Positions 1-10,240 of a DNA stretch of 64,000 nt are shown in pieces. Each line of letters begins with the position of its first letter. Within the stretch, counting starts at the first letter, position 1. Both the position numbers and the translations under genes were made by a program. The DNA comes from an uncultured Pseudomonadales bacterium (GTDB taxonomy: Bacteria > Patescibacteriota > Microgenomatia > UBA1400 > PJMF01): the NCBI GenBank assembly GCA_964455555.1, contig CAYVXV010000001.1, positions 31,499 through 95,498 of the forward strand. Direction: 5' to 3'. Under the pieces are notes generated by a model. It saw only the letters and a program-made list of their open reading frames with translations. It was not told the DNA's origin and did not search any database.

Positions 1-620
1 TGGGGAAATTCTCCCAGAGCAGTCCCGATAGCTATAGCCGGCTCCCCTACTCTAACCTGGTCAGAATCTCCAAGCGGCAGCGCCCTAAGATTGAGGTTCT
101 CCACCCTAACAATAGCAAGGTCAACAGTCGGATCCCGGTAAATATCGGTAATTCGGTATTCATTATTATCCTGATCAACCACAAAGTACTCTGCTTGCGC
201 ATCTGCCACCACATGTCTGTTGGTTACAACCAAGCCGGAATCATCTACCACAAAGCCGGTTCCGATATCCCGCTGCACTTCTTCCAGCTCTCCGGGCATT
301 CCCAAGCCAAATAAGCCAAAGGCAAAGGGGTCAATGCGCCTTTCTTGTCGCCGGATAGAAACTGTCAAAACAGATGGCGATGCATCTTCAACCACTGCTG
401 CTGCTGAAAATAGTTCTCCTCCTCCGAGGCGCAATAAAGCTGATCTGTTGTTTTCAGGATCGAGGCCTGGTAGATTAAATGAACCCCGGTTGCGCTCTAT
501 TAAATAATCCAGAGGTTTAACAACGAATACCCTATCTGACAAAGCGCCAAGAAAAAAGCTAGTTAAGACTAAAACTGAAACTAGTGTACCTAACAAAAAA
601 GCCCTGAAAGTGTTTTTCAT
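1..620 (-). CDS. Trypsin-like serine protease, HtrA/DegP (S1C) family; N-terminal part only, gene continues past the window start
   Basis: Hand translation of the minus strand from the ATG at 618-620 gives MKNTFRAFLLGTLVSVLVLTSFF... containing GTGFVVDDSGLVVTNRHVV (catalytic His context), DLAIVRV (Asp) and LGDSDQVRVGEPAIAIGTALGE. It is absent from the ORF track because it runs off the window edge. N-terminal signal/TM segment. Confidence 0.6.
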   Translation of the reverse strand, partial: MKNTFRAFLLGTLVSVLVLTSFFLGALSDRVFVVKPLDYLIERNRGSFNLPGLDPENNRSALLRLGGGELFSAAAVVEDASPSVLTVSIRRQERRIDPFAFGLFGLGMPGELEEVQRDIGTGFVVDDSGLVVTNRHVVADAQAEYFVVDQDNNEYRITDIYRDPTVDLAIVRVENLNLRALPLGDSDQVRVGEPAIAIGTALGEFP

Positions 621-705
621 GCAGATCAATAGTACCAATTTTCAACGTATTTAGCAAGAAAGTTATTTGAGTGCTAATTACCACCCAAAGTGTCAGAGAC
701 CAGTT

Positions 706-1965
706 TTAAAATTCTTCAATAGCCCTGAGCAGCTGTTCATCGACATCAGAATCCGGGTTGTTGGCAACTTCTATGTCAACAGGAATTCCTTCATCATGAA
801 TCCAATCTCCCTTAGGAAGCAGCCAACGAGCAATAGTTACGTGCAGTCCGCCGCCGTTGTTAAGTTCACGGCGGTCCTGAACAGTACCTTTGCCGAAAGT
901 TTGCTCTCCAATTAGCTTTGAACCCAATCGGTCCCTGAGGGCGCCGGCTACAATTTCTGAAGCTGAAGCGCTGCCCCGATTCACCAAAACTTCAACAGGA
1001 ATACTGGCAAATCTTGCCCTGCCGCGGACTGAAAAGTCTTGCTCCAAGAATTGGCCCTTTTGCGTCACGATTAAGCCGGAAGATATAAATTCACTGGCTA
1101 CTTTGATGGCTCCATCAAAGTAGCCGCCGGGATTATTGCGCATATCAAGGACAATTCCATTAATGTTGGGCCGATTTTTCAGCACCTCGGTGACTACTGT
1201 CTCCCATTCCCTATCAGTTCGCTCACCAAACCGAGAAAGCATAATATGCGCCACCCGTTTGCCATTGTGCTCCACAAACTCCACTTCAACAGATTGGACA
1301 ACTATTTCACCGCGGGTAAGTGCCACCTCCATGGGATCAGTCGCTCCATCACGGTACAGGGTTAGGGTTACCTGTGAGCCCCGCGGCCCCCTGATGGCGT
1401 CTACCGCCTCATTCAGCGGCCAGCGCGAGGAGTCGTCATCAATCCCCTTGGCATCGTCCTTCACCCGGATAATTAAGTCTCCCGCTTGAACACCGGCTTG
1501 TTCTGCTGGTGTGTTTTTCAACGGCGCAACTACTGCCAAAATCCCATCAATGTATCCGAGTTCAATGCCAACACCATAAAAGCTGCCAGCCAGATCTTCC
1601 CCGCTGCGCTGGTTATCAGCCGGAGGTAGATAAATTGTGTAGGGGTCGCCTATGGCCGAAGTCATGCCACCGATAGCGCCGTTAACCATCTTCTCTGCAT
1701 TTAAGGAATCAGGCTCTATATAGTCGCGCTCGAGGTAATTCCAAACCTCCCAAAATGTGTCAAAGCTAACTTCCTGTTGGCGCTCAATGGGGATATCAGT
1801 ATTGGTAACCAGTGATTTTGCTGACTTTCTTGATAAAAATTGAATACCTGGATTTTCTTTGGCAAAATTATTGACAATGCCATACCGGTACTCAGCAAAA
1901 AGACCTGAGACTACCAAAAGCAATCCTATTGAAACATTTTGAAAATGGCTGAGCTTAAGTTTCAT
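706..1965 (-). CDS. Carboxyl-terminal processing protease (S41 family, PDZ-containing)
   Basis: 419 aa ORF with an N-terminal hydrophobic anchor and a PDZ-like region. S41 signature GSASASEIVAGAL and GGLHVTIARWLLP are present. Confidence 0.8.
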   Translation of the reverse strand: MKLKLSHFQNVSIGLLLVVSGLFAEYRYGIVNNFAKENPGIQFLSRKSAKSLVTNTDIPIERQQEVSFDTFWEVWNYLERDYIEPDSLNAEKMVNGAIGGMTSAIGDPYTIYLPPADNQRSGEDLAGSFYGVGIELGYIDGILAVVAPLKNTPAEQAGVQAGDLIIRVKDDAKGIDDDSSRWPLNEAVDAIRGPRGSQVTLTLYRDGATDPMEVALTRGEIVVQSVEVEFVEHNGKRVAHIMLSRFGERTDREWETVVTEVLKNRPNINGIVLDMRNNPGGYFDGAIKVASEFISSGLIVTQKGQFLEQDFSVRGRARFASIPVEVLVNRGSASASEIVAGALRDRLGSKLIGEQTFGKGTVQDRRELNNGGGLHVTIARWLLPKGDWIHDEGIPVDIEVANNPDSDVDEQLLRAIEEF

Positions 1966-2059
1966 CAGGGTTTTATTGTACTGAGAATAGCCATGTTTAG
2001 CAAACCAACAAAATACCCCGCTGTATGCGGGGTATTTCTAATGTTAAACCAAAGTTAGT

Positions 2060-2278
2060 TTAAAGAGTCTGGGTGAATGGCAAAAGAGCCAAATGGCGGG
2101 CGCGCTTAACCTCGCGGGCCAACTGATTTTGCTGCTTTCTCAGTAGGTTCGTTTCCTCACGGGAGATTATTGAACCCTGTTCGTTGAGAAATCTAGACAG
2201 AAATTCGACTTTCTTGTATGAAAAAGTCATGTCTGGATTGGTAGCCATTTTTCGCTTAACGCGTTTTCTTCTTTGCAT
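2060..2278 (-). CDS. rpsR: 30S ribosomal protein bS18
   Basis: 72 aa. ...FSYKKVEFLSRFLNEQGSIISREETNLLRKQQNQLAREVKRARHLALLPF matches the bS18 core. Conserved rpsF-ssb-rpsR synteny. Confidence 0.85.
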   Translation of the reverse strand: MQRRKRVKRKMATNPDMTFSYKKVEFLSRFLNEQGSIISREETNLLRKQQNQLAREVKRARHLALLPFTQTL

Positions 2279-2309
2279 AATATTTTTCCTTTCAGATTTG
2301 TTTTAATCC

Positions 2310-2753
2310 CTAAAAGGGAACGTCATCGGCTACATCCTCAGCCTCTGTTCCCTCATCCGGCTCTGGTGACGGCATGTCTTCTTCATCGATTTCGTCTCCA
2401 TAACCAGCGCTGCTGGAAGACTTAAGCAAGATCATGTTATCTATTACTACTTCAGTAGTTTTCTTTTCCTGGCCGTCATCACTTTTCCAGTCTCTGGTTT
2501 GCAGGCGTCCTTCTACATAAACTTTGTCGCCTTTGTGAAGTAGTTGGCCGCAAATTTCGGCAAGTTTGGACCAGGCAACAATGTTGTGGTACTCAACCCT
2601 CTCTTGCTTGTCACCTCCCTCTGCAGGAGTCCATGAGCGGTTGGTAGCTATGCCGAATGAACAGACGGCAGTGTTGTTTGGTGTAAACCTAAGATTTGGG
2701 TCTCGGGTCAAATTGCCGATAAGCATTACTTTGTTTAATGAGCGGACTGACAT
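2310..2753 (-). CDS. ssb: Single-stranded DNA-binding protein
   Basis: 147 aa with an OB-fold N-terminus (MLIGNLTRDPNLRFTPNNTAVCSFGIATNRSW) and an acidic C-terminal tail ending DDVPF. Flanked by rpsF and rpsR. Confidence 0.9.
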   Translation of the reverse strand: MSVRSLNKVMLIGNLTRDPNLRFTPNNTAVCSFGIATNRSWTPAEGGDKQERVEYHNIVAWSKLAEICGQLLHKGDKVYVEGRLQTRDWKSDDGQEKKTTEVVIDNMILLKSSSSAGYGDEIDEEDMPSPEPDEGTEAEDVADDVPF

Positions 2754-2842
2754 TTAATCCTTTCTTGATCGCTGTATTGAGCTGTTTTAAAACTTATACT
2801 AATCAGTACTTTACGATTTCTCGCTTGCTTTAAGTGTAGCAC

Positions 2843-3211
2843 TTATTCTGATTCTTCCTCACTTTCAACAGGTTCAACATCTTCAGTGTCTTCTTCTGCC
2901 AAGACCAAAAGATGGCGCATAATGCCTTGGTGAAGATTTAAGCCTCGGTCCAGCTCGGCAATTTTGTCGGGAGAAACGTCAATTACCAAGTGGTGGTAGA
3001 AGCCTTCGCGCTGGTTTTCTCCTTCATGGCGGATGGCATAAGCCAAATCACGCTTGCCCCAATCCTCTTCCTTGAGAACTGTTGCTTTATTCTTTTTGGC
3101 TAAAGCTTTAACAGCTTCAGCGATCTCGGAAATTTGAACACTAGTGCGGTTGCCGGGGATGACATAAGTCAACTCATAACTACGCACCAGTTTCTTTGGC
3201 GGTATTTTCAT
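2843..3211 (-). CDS. rpsF: 30S ribosomal protein bS6
   Basis: 122 aa. YELTYVIPGN... start and an acidic C-terminal tail typical of bS6. Position upstream of ssb-rpsR. Confidence 0.8.
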   Translation of the reverse strand: MKIPPKKLVRSYELTYVIPGNRTSVQISEIAEAVKALAKKNKATVLKEEDWGKRDLAYAIRHEGENQREGFYHHLVIDVSPDKIAELDRGLNLHQGIMRHLLVLAEEDTEDVEPVESEEESE

Positions 3212-3331
3212 TTACTGCTCCTTCTGCCTTGCTTTAGAGCTTGGGAATCCTTTGTTGCCAGCAAGCCGGCTAAAAGGATAAGCAAAGCGTTAATTATTAT
3301 TCGGGTATTATAGCACACCTCAAGAAAAAGC

Positions 3332-4417
3332 TTAGGCTGATCCAATCATGAATTCGACTACATCGCCTTCCTGCATTAAATAGTCTTTTCCTTCCAGCCG
3401 AAGCTTGCCGGCTTCGCGGATAGCTTTCCAACCTTTCAGCTGGACAAAATCTTGGTAGCTGGCAACTTTAGCCTTAATAAAATGTTTTTCAAAATCGGTA
3501 TGGATCACACCGGCTGCCTCAGGTGCTGTTGTGCCCTTGCGGATAGTCCAAGCCCTGACCTCCTGTTCGCCAGCCGTTAAAAAACTCTGCAAGCCGAGCC
3601 GGCTGTAGGTTTTTTTAATTAAACGCTCAAGGCCACTCTGCTCCAAGCCTAAATCTTTCAAATATAGTTTCTGGTCTTCATCTGACAGCGATGAGAGTTC
3701 GCTCTCAATTTTGGCGCTGATAATTACTACGCTGTCTTGATCTATCCCAAGGCTACTGCCTATCTCTGCACTCAATTCCTGTTGGCTGCCGGCTTTTTCT
3801 TCATCAACATTAACTACATACAACATTGGTTTTGCAGTCAGCAAACCCAACTCCCTGCCGACTTTTTGTTCGATCGGTGTGGCCAGCACCTCTATGATAG
3901 GCTGGCCGTTTCTGGCAGCCTCCAGCATTTTTTGAATAATTTCCCACCGCTCAAGTTCTTGCTTGTCCTTGCTGGCTTTAGGCTGCTTTTGCTTCTCCAA
4001 AGTTGAAATATCTGCCAGCAGCAGCTCCATTTCAATGGTGTCCCGGTCAGACTTAGGGTCGACGCTGCCTTCGCGAAGTACAGAATCATCAGTAAAACCC
4101 CTAACTACATGGCAAATTAAATCCACCTCACGGATGTGAGACAGAAACTTGTTGCCCAGTCCCTCACCCTCGCTCGCGCCTTTGACCAAGCCGGCAATAT
4201 CAACAAAGGTAACCGCGGCTGGTTTAATAACTGAGGTGTTCACAATGCCAGCCAGCACTTCAAGTCGTTCATCGGGCACGGGCACGATGCCGGTATTTGG
4301 GTCGATAGTGGCAAAAGGGTAATTAGCTGCCAGCGCAACCTGGCGCTTGAGGAGCGCATTAAAAAGCGTAGATTTGCCTACATTCGGCAGGCCGACAATT
4401 CCGACTGAGAGTGACAT
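3332..4417 (-). CDS. ychF: Ribosome-binding ATPase YchF (Obg-family GTPase with TGS domain)
   Basis: 361 aa. P-loop [17 protein letters not shown], the G4 region, and a C-terminal TGS-like segment ([26 protein letters not shown]). Confidence 0.9.
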   Translation of the reverse strand: MSLSVGIVGLPNVGKSTLFNALLKRQVALAANYPFATIDPNTGIVPVPDERLEVLAGIVNTSVIKPAAVTFVDIAGLVKGASEGEGLGNKFLSHIREVDLICHVVRGFTDDSVLREGSVDPKSDRDTIEMELLLADISTLEKQKQPKASKDKQELERWEIIQKMLEAARNGQPIIEVLATPIEQKVGRELGLLTAKPMLYVVNVDEEKAGSQQELSAEIGSSLGIDQDSVVIISAKIESELSSLSDEDQKLYLKDLGLEQSGLERLIKKTYSRLGLQSFLTAGEQEVRAWTIRKGTTAPEAAGVIHTDFEKHFIKAKVASYQDFVQLKGWKAIREAGKLRLEGKDYLMQEGDVVEFMIGSA

Positions 4418-4496
4418 GAGGTGTATTGTATCAGGAAAAGTATGGCATCAGGCATCGCTGTCCTGCCAGCCTGCATTAACAGCTTTTTTTTCGTAG

Positions 4497-5084
4497 CTAT
4501 TTTTCGAGCAAATCCCTTAGCCAATTGGAAAACCGCTGCCAAATAGTGTTTACTTCCTGCTTAGTTTCCTGAAGCACAAGGTTGGCTGGTTCAGAATTTT
4601 CATTGATCCTCTTCTCTGCCCTTTCCATCACTTGATTGGTTTCTTGTTTTGCCTCCTCAAGTTTTGTGGAAATTTGATCTCTCTTGGCTTCCCTCTCTCT
4701 TTTCAACTTCAAGAACTCTTCCTCCGTCATCAGCCTTATCACTCTCCTGGTGCTAATTTGATCTTGATTGTTTGGATGAGTTATTTTGCCGTTGCGGATA
4801 ACGATCCGCTCGCCCTCACTTCCTTTCACAACATATCGTTTGTTGATGACCTCTTTGCCATTCTCAGAGCGGTATTCCCGCACCACGGTTTCACCATTTG
4901 AGGAGCTGGTAAACTCCTGTTTCACGACTATTTTGCTACTCCCAGAACCGGAAACATTGCTACTGACATTGGAACTAACGGAGTTAGTAGAAATCACGGA
5001 TATATGTGCTGCCTGAACACCGGCTCTCGCCAAAAAAAGCCCACTCAACACAAGTAAGCCTATCGTTAGGTGTTGCTTTGGCAT
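4497..5084 (-). CDS. Hypothetical secreted protein with signal peptide, Ser/Val-rich repeat and C-terminal coiled coil
   Basis: 195 aa. N-terminal signal peptide (LLVLSGLFLARAGVQAA), a short SNVSSNVS repeat, and a K/E-rich heptad-like C-terminus. No recognisable family. Confidence 0.45.
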   Translation of the reverse strand: MPKQHLTIGLLVLSGLFLARAGVQAAHISVISTNSVSSNVSSNVSGSGSSKIVVKQEFTSSSNGETVVREYRSENGKEVINKRYVVKGSEGERIVIRNGKITHPNNQDQISTRRVIRLMTEEEFLKLKREREAKRDQISTKLEEAKQETNQVMERAEKRINENSEPANLVLQETKQEVNTIWQRFSNWLRDLLEK

Positions 5085-5158
5085 ATTAGCAAAAGTCTAA
5101 TCGTGGTTTGCAAAAAGTATAAGAAAAACTTGCAAGAAGACAGTAAAAAGGGAGTGTT

Positions 5159-5764
5159 TTAATTAAAAAGTGACGGATCACAGCCATTGCTCTCGAGCGG
5201 GCAGCTTAGCTGCATCCATTCGTAAAATAACGAAGGATTGCCTTCGATAGCGTAAATAACTTCATTTACCTCCCCAAATTGCCTCAGGGTGGTGCCAACC
5301 TCAGACATAAATTCACTACTGCCACAGCTGGTTGAAGCGTTGGGGATGATCTCCCGAATGTCTGCAAAATTTACATATGCCGTCCCGCCTTCAATCTTTA
5401 TGCTCCAGAGAGAACCCTCTGTATCAGCTGAAAAAAATGAGCTGAATCCAGCTTTCTGCTCCTCCAGCGTCGGCCCTTTTAACAACTCAGAAAGCAGTTG
5501 AAAATAACCGGCATTTCTGGGCAGGTCCCTCGGTACGCCAATTACCTCACTACAATCATTGGGATCAGTTGAAAGATCAATGTTGGCAAAATAAACCTTC
5601 GCGGCAGCGGTTTGTTCTTGCGGAATCTCTGAACCCTGAGGCAATGAGTTCATTTTTTGCTGATTTACCGGAGCATCCATAGTAAACCTCAAAAACATCA
5701 CTGACGTTGCTATCACAATAAAAAATCCTAGGATTACGAGTGAGATAAGACGCGACACTGCCAT
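5159..5764 (-). CDS. Hypothetical membrane-anchored protein (possible GerMN-like domain)
   Basis: 201 aa with a single N-terminal TM helix followed by a Cys-containing soluble domain. The GerMN assignment is a weak guess from overall pattern. Confidence 0.4.
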   Translation of the reverse strand: MAVSRLISLVILGFFIVIATSVMFLRFTMDAPVNQQKMNSLPQGSEIPQEQTAAAKVYFANIDLSTDPNDCSEVIGVPRDLPRNAGYFQLLSELLKGPTLEEQKAGFSSFFSADTEGSLWSIKIEGGTAYVNFADIREIIPNASTSCGSSEFMSEVGTTLRQFGEVNEVIYAIEGNPSLFYEWMQLSCPLESNGCDPSLFN

Positions 5765-5862
5765 AATGATGACTCCCTTAGCATCATTATACTCTACAGC
5801 AGGAGAAAACCAATTAAATTTAAGGTTAATATCCAGACTCCTAGTGCTGGGTTCAAAAAAAT

Positions 5863-6516
5863 TTACAAATGCCTGGCTCGGACTTCATCCAACAAGTGGA
5901 TTACCTGTTCATCAGACGTCTGAGGGAACGAGCGATACCAGGAACCAACACCATAGAATGGCTCCGGCATTCTCAGGCAAATTACCTCATCTGCCTCCGA
6001 CAAAATTTCTTGGCAAGTCTCCTTGGCGCCCACCGGTGCTGCAATTACGATGCGCCTTGGGTGTTTGACCTTAACCGCCCTGATGGCAGCCAGCATAGTG
6101 GCCCCTGTTGCCAAGCCGTCATCAACAATAATGACTGTTTTGCCGGTTACTTCAGGAATATCTTTGCCTTCCCGGTAAGTAGAAATTCTCCGCTCAAGCT
6201 CTAACTGCTCCCGAGCAACAACTTGCGACCAATCCCGCCTTGGAATCCTTTCGCGCACCTCTTCATTTGTCACATGCGTACCACCCTCGGCTAATGCCCC
6301 AACTGCATATTCCTCATGACCTGGAAAACCAAGTTTTCTAACTACGATCACATCCAATGAAATATTTAAGGCTTTTGCCACCTCATAAGCCACTGGCACT
6401 CCACCCCTAGGCAAAGCTAATACCATAGCGTTCTTGGCATCAACTGATGCAGCTACCTCTCTGGCCAATCTTTTACCTGCATCAGCCCGGTCAATGAATT
6501 GCCTGGTTCGGTTCAT
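5863..6516 (-). CDS. Phosphoribosyltransferase family protein (COG1926-like)
   Basis: 217 aa. PRPP-binding motif VIIVDDGLATGATMLAAIRAV and N-terminal ALPRGGVPVAYEVAKAL, typical of the type I PRTase fold. Confidence 0.7.
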   Translation of the reverse strand: MNRTRQFIDRADAGKRLAREVAASVDAKNAMVLALPRGGVPVAYEVAKALNISLDVIVVRKLGFPGHEEYAVGALAEGGTHVTNEEVRERIPRRDWSQVVAREQLELERRISTYREGKDIPEVTGKTVIIVDDGLATGATMLAAIRAVKVKHPRRIVIAAPVGAKETCQEILSEADEVICLRMPEPFYGVGSWYRSFPQTSDEQVIHLLDEVRARHL

Positions 6517-6631
6517 AATTCTTTCCTTTCAGTCATATTAGAACAAGCTGAGTTCTTATAAAAATGTGAGGAAAGTAAGAGTTGAATGTGGCGGAGATTT
6601 TCGTCCAATAAATTCCGGTATTTTTGTCTGT

Positions 6632-6937
6632 TTATTCTTTAGTATTTTGTTCAGGGTTGACTATCATCATAATGAGAAAACCGAAGATGAAGATTAACAG
6701 CAAGGCGGATAATACAGACAGCAAAATTGAACCGAAGAAAACATAGGGTATGGCAAATAATCCTGACTGAGAGGCCAAAAATCCACCAGCAAGTGAGCCG
6801 ATGGTAGCCAAAATAAAAATACCCCAAGGATCATAGACTCTTGCCTCCGGCACCACCAAAAGATGAGCCAGGTATCCCGTCAGCCAGCCGGCCAGCAAAA
6901 AAATTACCAATTGAACTAATGTCGATTGAATTTCCAT
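6632..6937 (-). CDS. GlsB/YeaQ/YmgE-family small membrane protein
   Basis: 101 aa with three predicted TM helices. Gly-rich helices (GWLTGYLA, GSLAGGFLA) resemble the transglycosylase-associated family. Confidence 0.6.
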   Translation of the reverse strand: MEIQSTLVQLVIFLLAGWLTGYLAHLLVVPEARVYDPWGIFILATIGSLAGGFLASQSGLFAIPYVFFGSILLSVLSALLLIFIFGFLIMMIVNPEQNTKE

Positions 6938-7050
6938 ACAATCATCAAATCATTTCACCTTAAGAAATATTAGAGGATATTGTTAGCAGCTTGTAAGAAG
7001 CTTTTCCGCCTGGCAGCGCGGTGTTCCAGACCGCCGCCCATATAAGCTGC

Positions 7051-8220
7051 TTACCCGATAATGAACAGCTCTGCTTCTGCTCTTGTCACTGCTGTATAAA
7101 GCCAGCGGCGCCACATTTCGTCATTCATCTGCTTAAATCTCTCTTCAAATAAAACCACCCGCTTAGCTTGGCTGCCCTGGGCTTTATGAACCGTTAAAGC
7201 GTAGCCAAAATCAAACAAATCGCCCTTTAGAGTTTTGCTGCGCTCCTTGCTGAAGTTTTTTGGGTTGGCTGCATTGAACTGCTCAACAGAAATTAAACCC
7301 TTAAAAGGTTCGGGCTCTTCATCCAGCTCTATTTCGGAAAAGTACCACTCATCACTGTCTTTTTGAAGCGAAATGATAGTTCCTAACATACCGTTGTATA
7401 TGTTCTTTTTGTGGTTATTGCGCAAACAAATTACCCTATCTCCAGGCGTTGGTGCAGGGTCCTCAAAACCCAAAGTTGTCCTGACAAAATTATTCAGCCG
7501 GACACGGGTGTTGTTGTAGCCGCACATAATCAAAGTTTCGGTGGTGTAGTTTCTCAGCAGATGCTCCACCTGATCCTGCGACTCGTAATCCTCACGGGAC
7601 AATTTCTTGACACTGGGTCCATAATCGCCGACTGGAATCTCCCCTGTCTCCCTGGCAAGCATCGAAAGCTTAATAATTGGGTTATCCTCAGCCTGTCGGT
7701 GAATTTTTTCCAGCTTCAGCTGAGGGTCTTCTACTAAATTAAAATTTCCCTGAATCGGGGGCAGCTGGCCATGATCCCCGATGGCAATGATCGGAATGCC
7801 ATAGCGCTTTAAATCATTCCAGATCATATAATCAACCATCGAAGCCTCGTCGATGATAATCAGGTCGTAGTCGAGGGATTCTTTCCTGTCCCAGCTGATA
7901 ATTTCCTGGTTGCTATTAACAACTGGAGAATAAATCAGTGAGTGAATCGTGCCGATAAAATCGCCTTTATAAACAGCTTTAGATTTTTGCAGCGTGGTTT
8001 TGAGCACTCGGGCTGCCTTGCCGGTAAAGCTGATAAAAGCCACTTTTTTCTTTGGGTATGCTTTGTGAAGATGGCTGCGAAAAGCTGAAATTGAAGTTGT
8101 TTTTCCAGTTCCGGCATAGCCGCCTACAGTAATATATTGCTCAGCTGCACTGTCATTTTTCAGCCATTTCCAGAGGGAATTTAGGACCAGCCGTTGGTCT
8201 TGAGAAAGTTCAAATTTCAT
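7051..8220 (-). CDS. RecD/Dda-like SF1 DNA helicase (short form)
   Basis: 389 aa. Walker A GGYAGTGKTT, motif II IIIDEASMVD, and the C-terminal helicase motif ALTVHKAQGSQ. The length suggests Dda/RecD2 core domains only. Confidence 0.75.
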   Translation of the reverse strand: MKFELSQDQRLVLNSLWKWLKNDSAAEQYITVGGYAGTGKTTSISAFRSHLHKAYPKKKVAFISFTGKAARVLKTTLQKSKAVYKGDFIGTIHSLIYSPVVNSNQEIISWDRKESLDYDLIIIDEASMVDYMIWNDLKRYGIPIIAIGDHGQLPPIQGNFNLVEDPQLKLEKIHRQAEDNPIIKLSMLARETGEIPVGDYGPSVKKLSREDYESQDQVEHLLRNYTTETLIMCGYNNTRVRLNNFVRTTLGFEDPAPTPGDRVICLRNNHKKNIYNGMLGTIISLQKDSDEWYFSEIELDEEPEPFKGLISVEQFNAANPKNFSKERSKTLKGDLFDFGYALTVHKAQGSQAKRVVLFEERFKQMNDEMWRRWLYTAVTRAEAELFIIG

Positions 8221-8318
8221 CTAGCCTGCATTGTATCAAATCAGCTTGATATTAGTTGAGAATGCCCAAGCTAATATTAACGCATATTTAACGCTTTATT
8301 ACCGCAACACCTGGATAT

Positions 8319-9677
8319 TTAGCTTTCAAAGCGGATTTCTGCCCCGCGCTCAGGCCCGGTGGTAATCATAAAAACCGGCAGCCCTACCTCTTTTTCGATA
8401 TATGACAAAAACCGCCTTGCTTCCGCCGGCAAAGACTGCCTGTTTTTGGCTTTTCTTAACGCTTTTAAATCCCAAGGCTGCATCTCCCGGTAACGAGGCT
8501 GAACAGTATTCAGGTAATCCTGATCAGGTTTAAATCCGGCTTTTTTCTTTCCCTGCAAATAGGCATCGCAAATTTTTACCGGCTGGCCAGGGTAAACAAT
8601 ATCCATGTGGGTCAAAACCAGGTGAGTTAACTTCCCCACCCTGGCATAGTACTTGATTGCAGGCAAGTCCAAATAAACTACATCCCGAGGTCTGCCAGTA
8701 GTTGCTCCATACTCGTGGGCATCTTCCCTGATACGAGATGCTAGCTCCTCTTCCATAATGGTCGGCAGCTTCCTAACCCCCACGCTTGACATGTATGTGG
8801 CTTTAATCACTCCTGCTCTTAGCGGAATTTGCTCCGGATCAACCACACCTTCACTCGAGGCATATATGCCTGCAGGAGTTGTATCTGAAGAAGTTACATC
8901 CGGATAAACTCCCCATCTAGCATCAAGGCCAATTGCCTGGGACTTCTCGAAAATATAACTATATTCCTCGTCACTCCAGGTGGTTTCAATAAAACCGCGC
9001 ACATCTTGAATCATCGGTTTGAGCTGAGCAACCTGCCGTTTTAGATTGGCTAAAAACTCCTGCTCGGAGGCAACTTGATGTTTGCTGCCATCCAGTGCCG
9101 CCACCCTCATCGTTTCTATCTCAAAACCCAAACCTCTCACAAGTTTTTGGTAAAGTTTGTAGTGCCGGCGCAGCTTGTTAATTTGCCAAGTTTTGATATC
9201 CCTCATCCTAAGAGGATGGCCGTAAAGGATATCTGCATAAGCCGGTGAAATACCTCTGCCAGTAGAAGCCTGATTACCTGATTTCAAGGCTTTCACTGCT
9301 CCTTCGAATGCCCTGTGTGTATCCAAAGACAAAACAGCCATTTCATCAATTTTGATTTCCGCTGGAATTTCTTGGCCGGCTACTTCCTTGACTAATTCCA
9401 TCTCCAGCAGCAGATCCGCCGGGTGTAAAACCATGCCTTTACCAAGCACCACGGCAGCATTCTTAAAGAACACCCCTGAAGGCAGCTGGTGTAAAGCAAT
9501 GCGCTTATCGCCAAACTCAACCGTGTGACCGGCATTGGAGCCGCCATTATCCCTATAAACGACAATTTTTCCTTTTTGGGCAAATTCAGCGACCAGAGCA
9601 TCAACTATCCGTCCTTTGCCCTCGTCTCCGTAAGCGCCGCCGCAAATGACCGCACTGTTCTTCCGAATTTTTGCCAT
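8319..9677 (-). CDS. purA: Adenylosuccinate synthetase
   Basis: 452 aa. GDEGKGRIVD P-loop, GGSNAGHTV, STGRGISPAY, YPDVTSSDTTPAG, GATTGRPRDVVYLD and ITTGPER all align with E. coli PurA signature blocks, with one insertion. Confidence 0.9.
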   Translation of the reverse strand: MAKIRKNSAVICGGAYGDEGKGRIVDALVAEFAQKGKIVVYRDNGGSNAGHTVEFGDKRIALHQLPSGVFFKNAAVVLGKGMVLHPADLLLEMELVKEVAGQEIPAEIKIDEMAVLSLDTHRAFEGAVKALKSGNQASTGRGISPAYADILYGHPLRMRDIKTWQINKLRRHYKLYQKLVRGLGFEIETMRVAALDGSKHQVASEQEFLANLKRQVAQLKPMIQDVRGFIETTWSDEEYSYIFEKSQAIGLDARWGVYPDVTSSDTTPAGIYASSEGVVDPEQIPLRAGVIKATYMSSVGVRKLPTIMEEELASRIREDAHEYGATTGRPRDVVYLDLPAIKYYARVGKLTHLVLTHMDIVYPGQPVKICDAYLQGKKKAGFKPDQDYLNTVQPRYREMQPWDLKALRKAKNRQSLPAEARRFLSYIEKEVGLPVFMITTGPERGAEIRFES

Positions 9678-9681
9678 ATTC

Positions 9682-9882
9682 TTAGTCTTCTTTTGGAATA
9701 AGCAGCCACATTACAATATAAGGCACTAATCCAGGTAATCCGCCAGGCAGCAGCAGCAATACCCAGATAATCCTGATCAAAGTGACATCAATATTGAAAT
9801 AGTTGGACAGCGCCATTGAAACGCCGCCGATTTTGCCACCTTTTTTGGGCAAAATAAGTTTTTTATGCTCCTGCTTTGACAT
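9682..9882 (-). CDS. PspC-domain small membrane protein
   Basis: 66 aa. GGVSMALSNYFNIDVTLIRIIWVLLLLPGGLPGLVPYIVMWLLIP matches the PspC domain pattern. Confidence 0.6.
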   Translation of the reverse strand: MSKQEHKKLILPKKGGKIGGVSMALSNYFNIDVTLIRIIWVLLLLPGGLPGLVPYIVMWLLIPKED

Positions 9883-9911
9883 AATTATGAGTTAATGGCT
9901 GAGGGCCAAAC

Positions 9912-10232
9912 TTAGGCGGCTGCGCTATTCTGAGAAGCCGGCTGGTAATTTTTAAGAAATTCTTCAGCGAATGACTCTTGGTATTCTTCTATGGCAGCAG
10001 CGGGAGTTTTGCCGGTATTCAGCTCATAAAATGAGTCAATCAGTGCATTAGCCACCTCTTCATTGTCGGCTGCGCTAAGGGCTGATTGCTGCTCTTCACT
10101 GAAGGTTGCTAAACCCTGAGTATAAAGCATCATTGATGCTGCCTTAATAATCTCAGTGAGCAAAATTGCAATATCTTCCTCCGGAGTATTGTTTTCCTCA
10201 AGAACCTGAATCATTTGTTGGAATTTACTCAT
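9912..10232 (-). CDS. Hypothetical acidic protein
   Basis: 106 aa, strongly acidic. Lies immediately downstream of the giant ORF in the same orientation. No recognisable motif. Confidence 0.4.
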   Translation of the reverse strand: MSKFQQMIQVLEENNTPEEDIAILLTEIIKAASMMLYTQGLATFSEEQQSALSAADNEEVANALIDSFYELNTGKTPAAAIEEYQESFAEEFLKNYQPASQNSAAA

Positions 10233-10240
10233 AGATGCTC

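Noticed and set aside
220-1123. Track ORFs 220..507, 667..915 and 890..1123 on the plus strand
   Set aside because: They lie antisense to the HtrA-like partial gene and the S41 protease gene, have low-complexity translations and no SD. Treated as shadow ORFs.
7051-8220. RecD/Dda-like helicase as part of a defense system
   Set aside because: The neighbours are housekeeping genes (purA, phosphoribosyltransferase, GlsB-like). No nuclease, methyltransferase or other defense partner is adjacent. Treated as a stand-alone repair/replication helicase.
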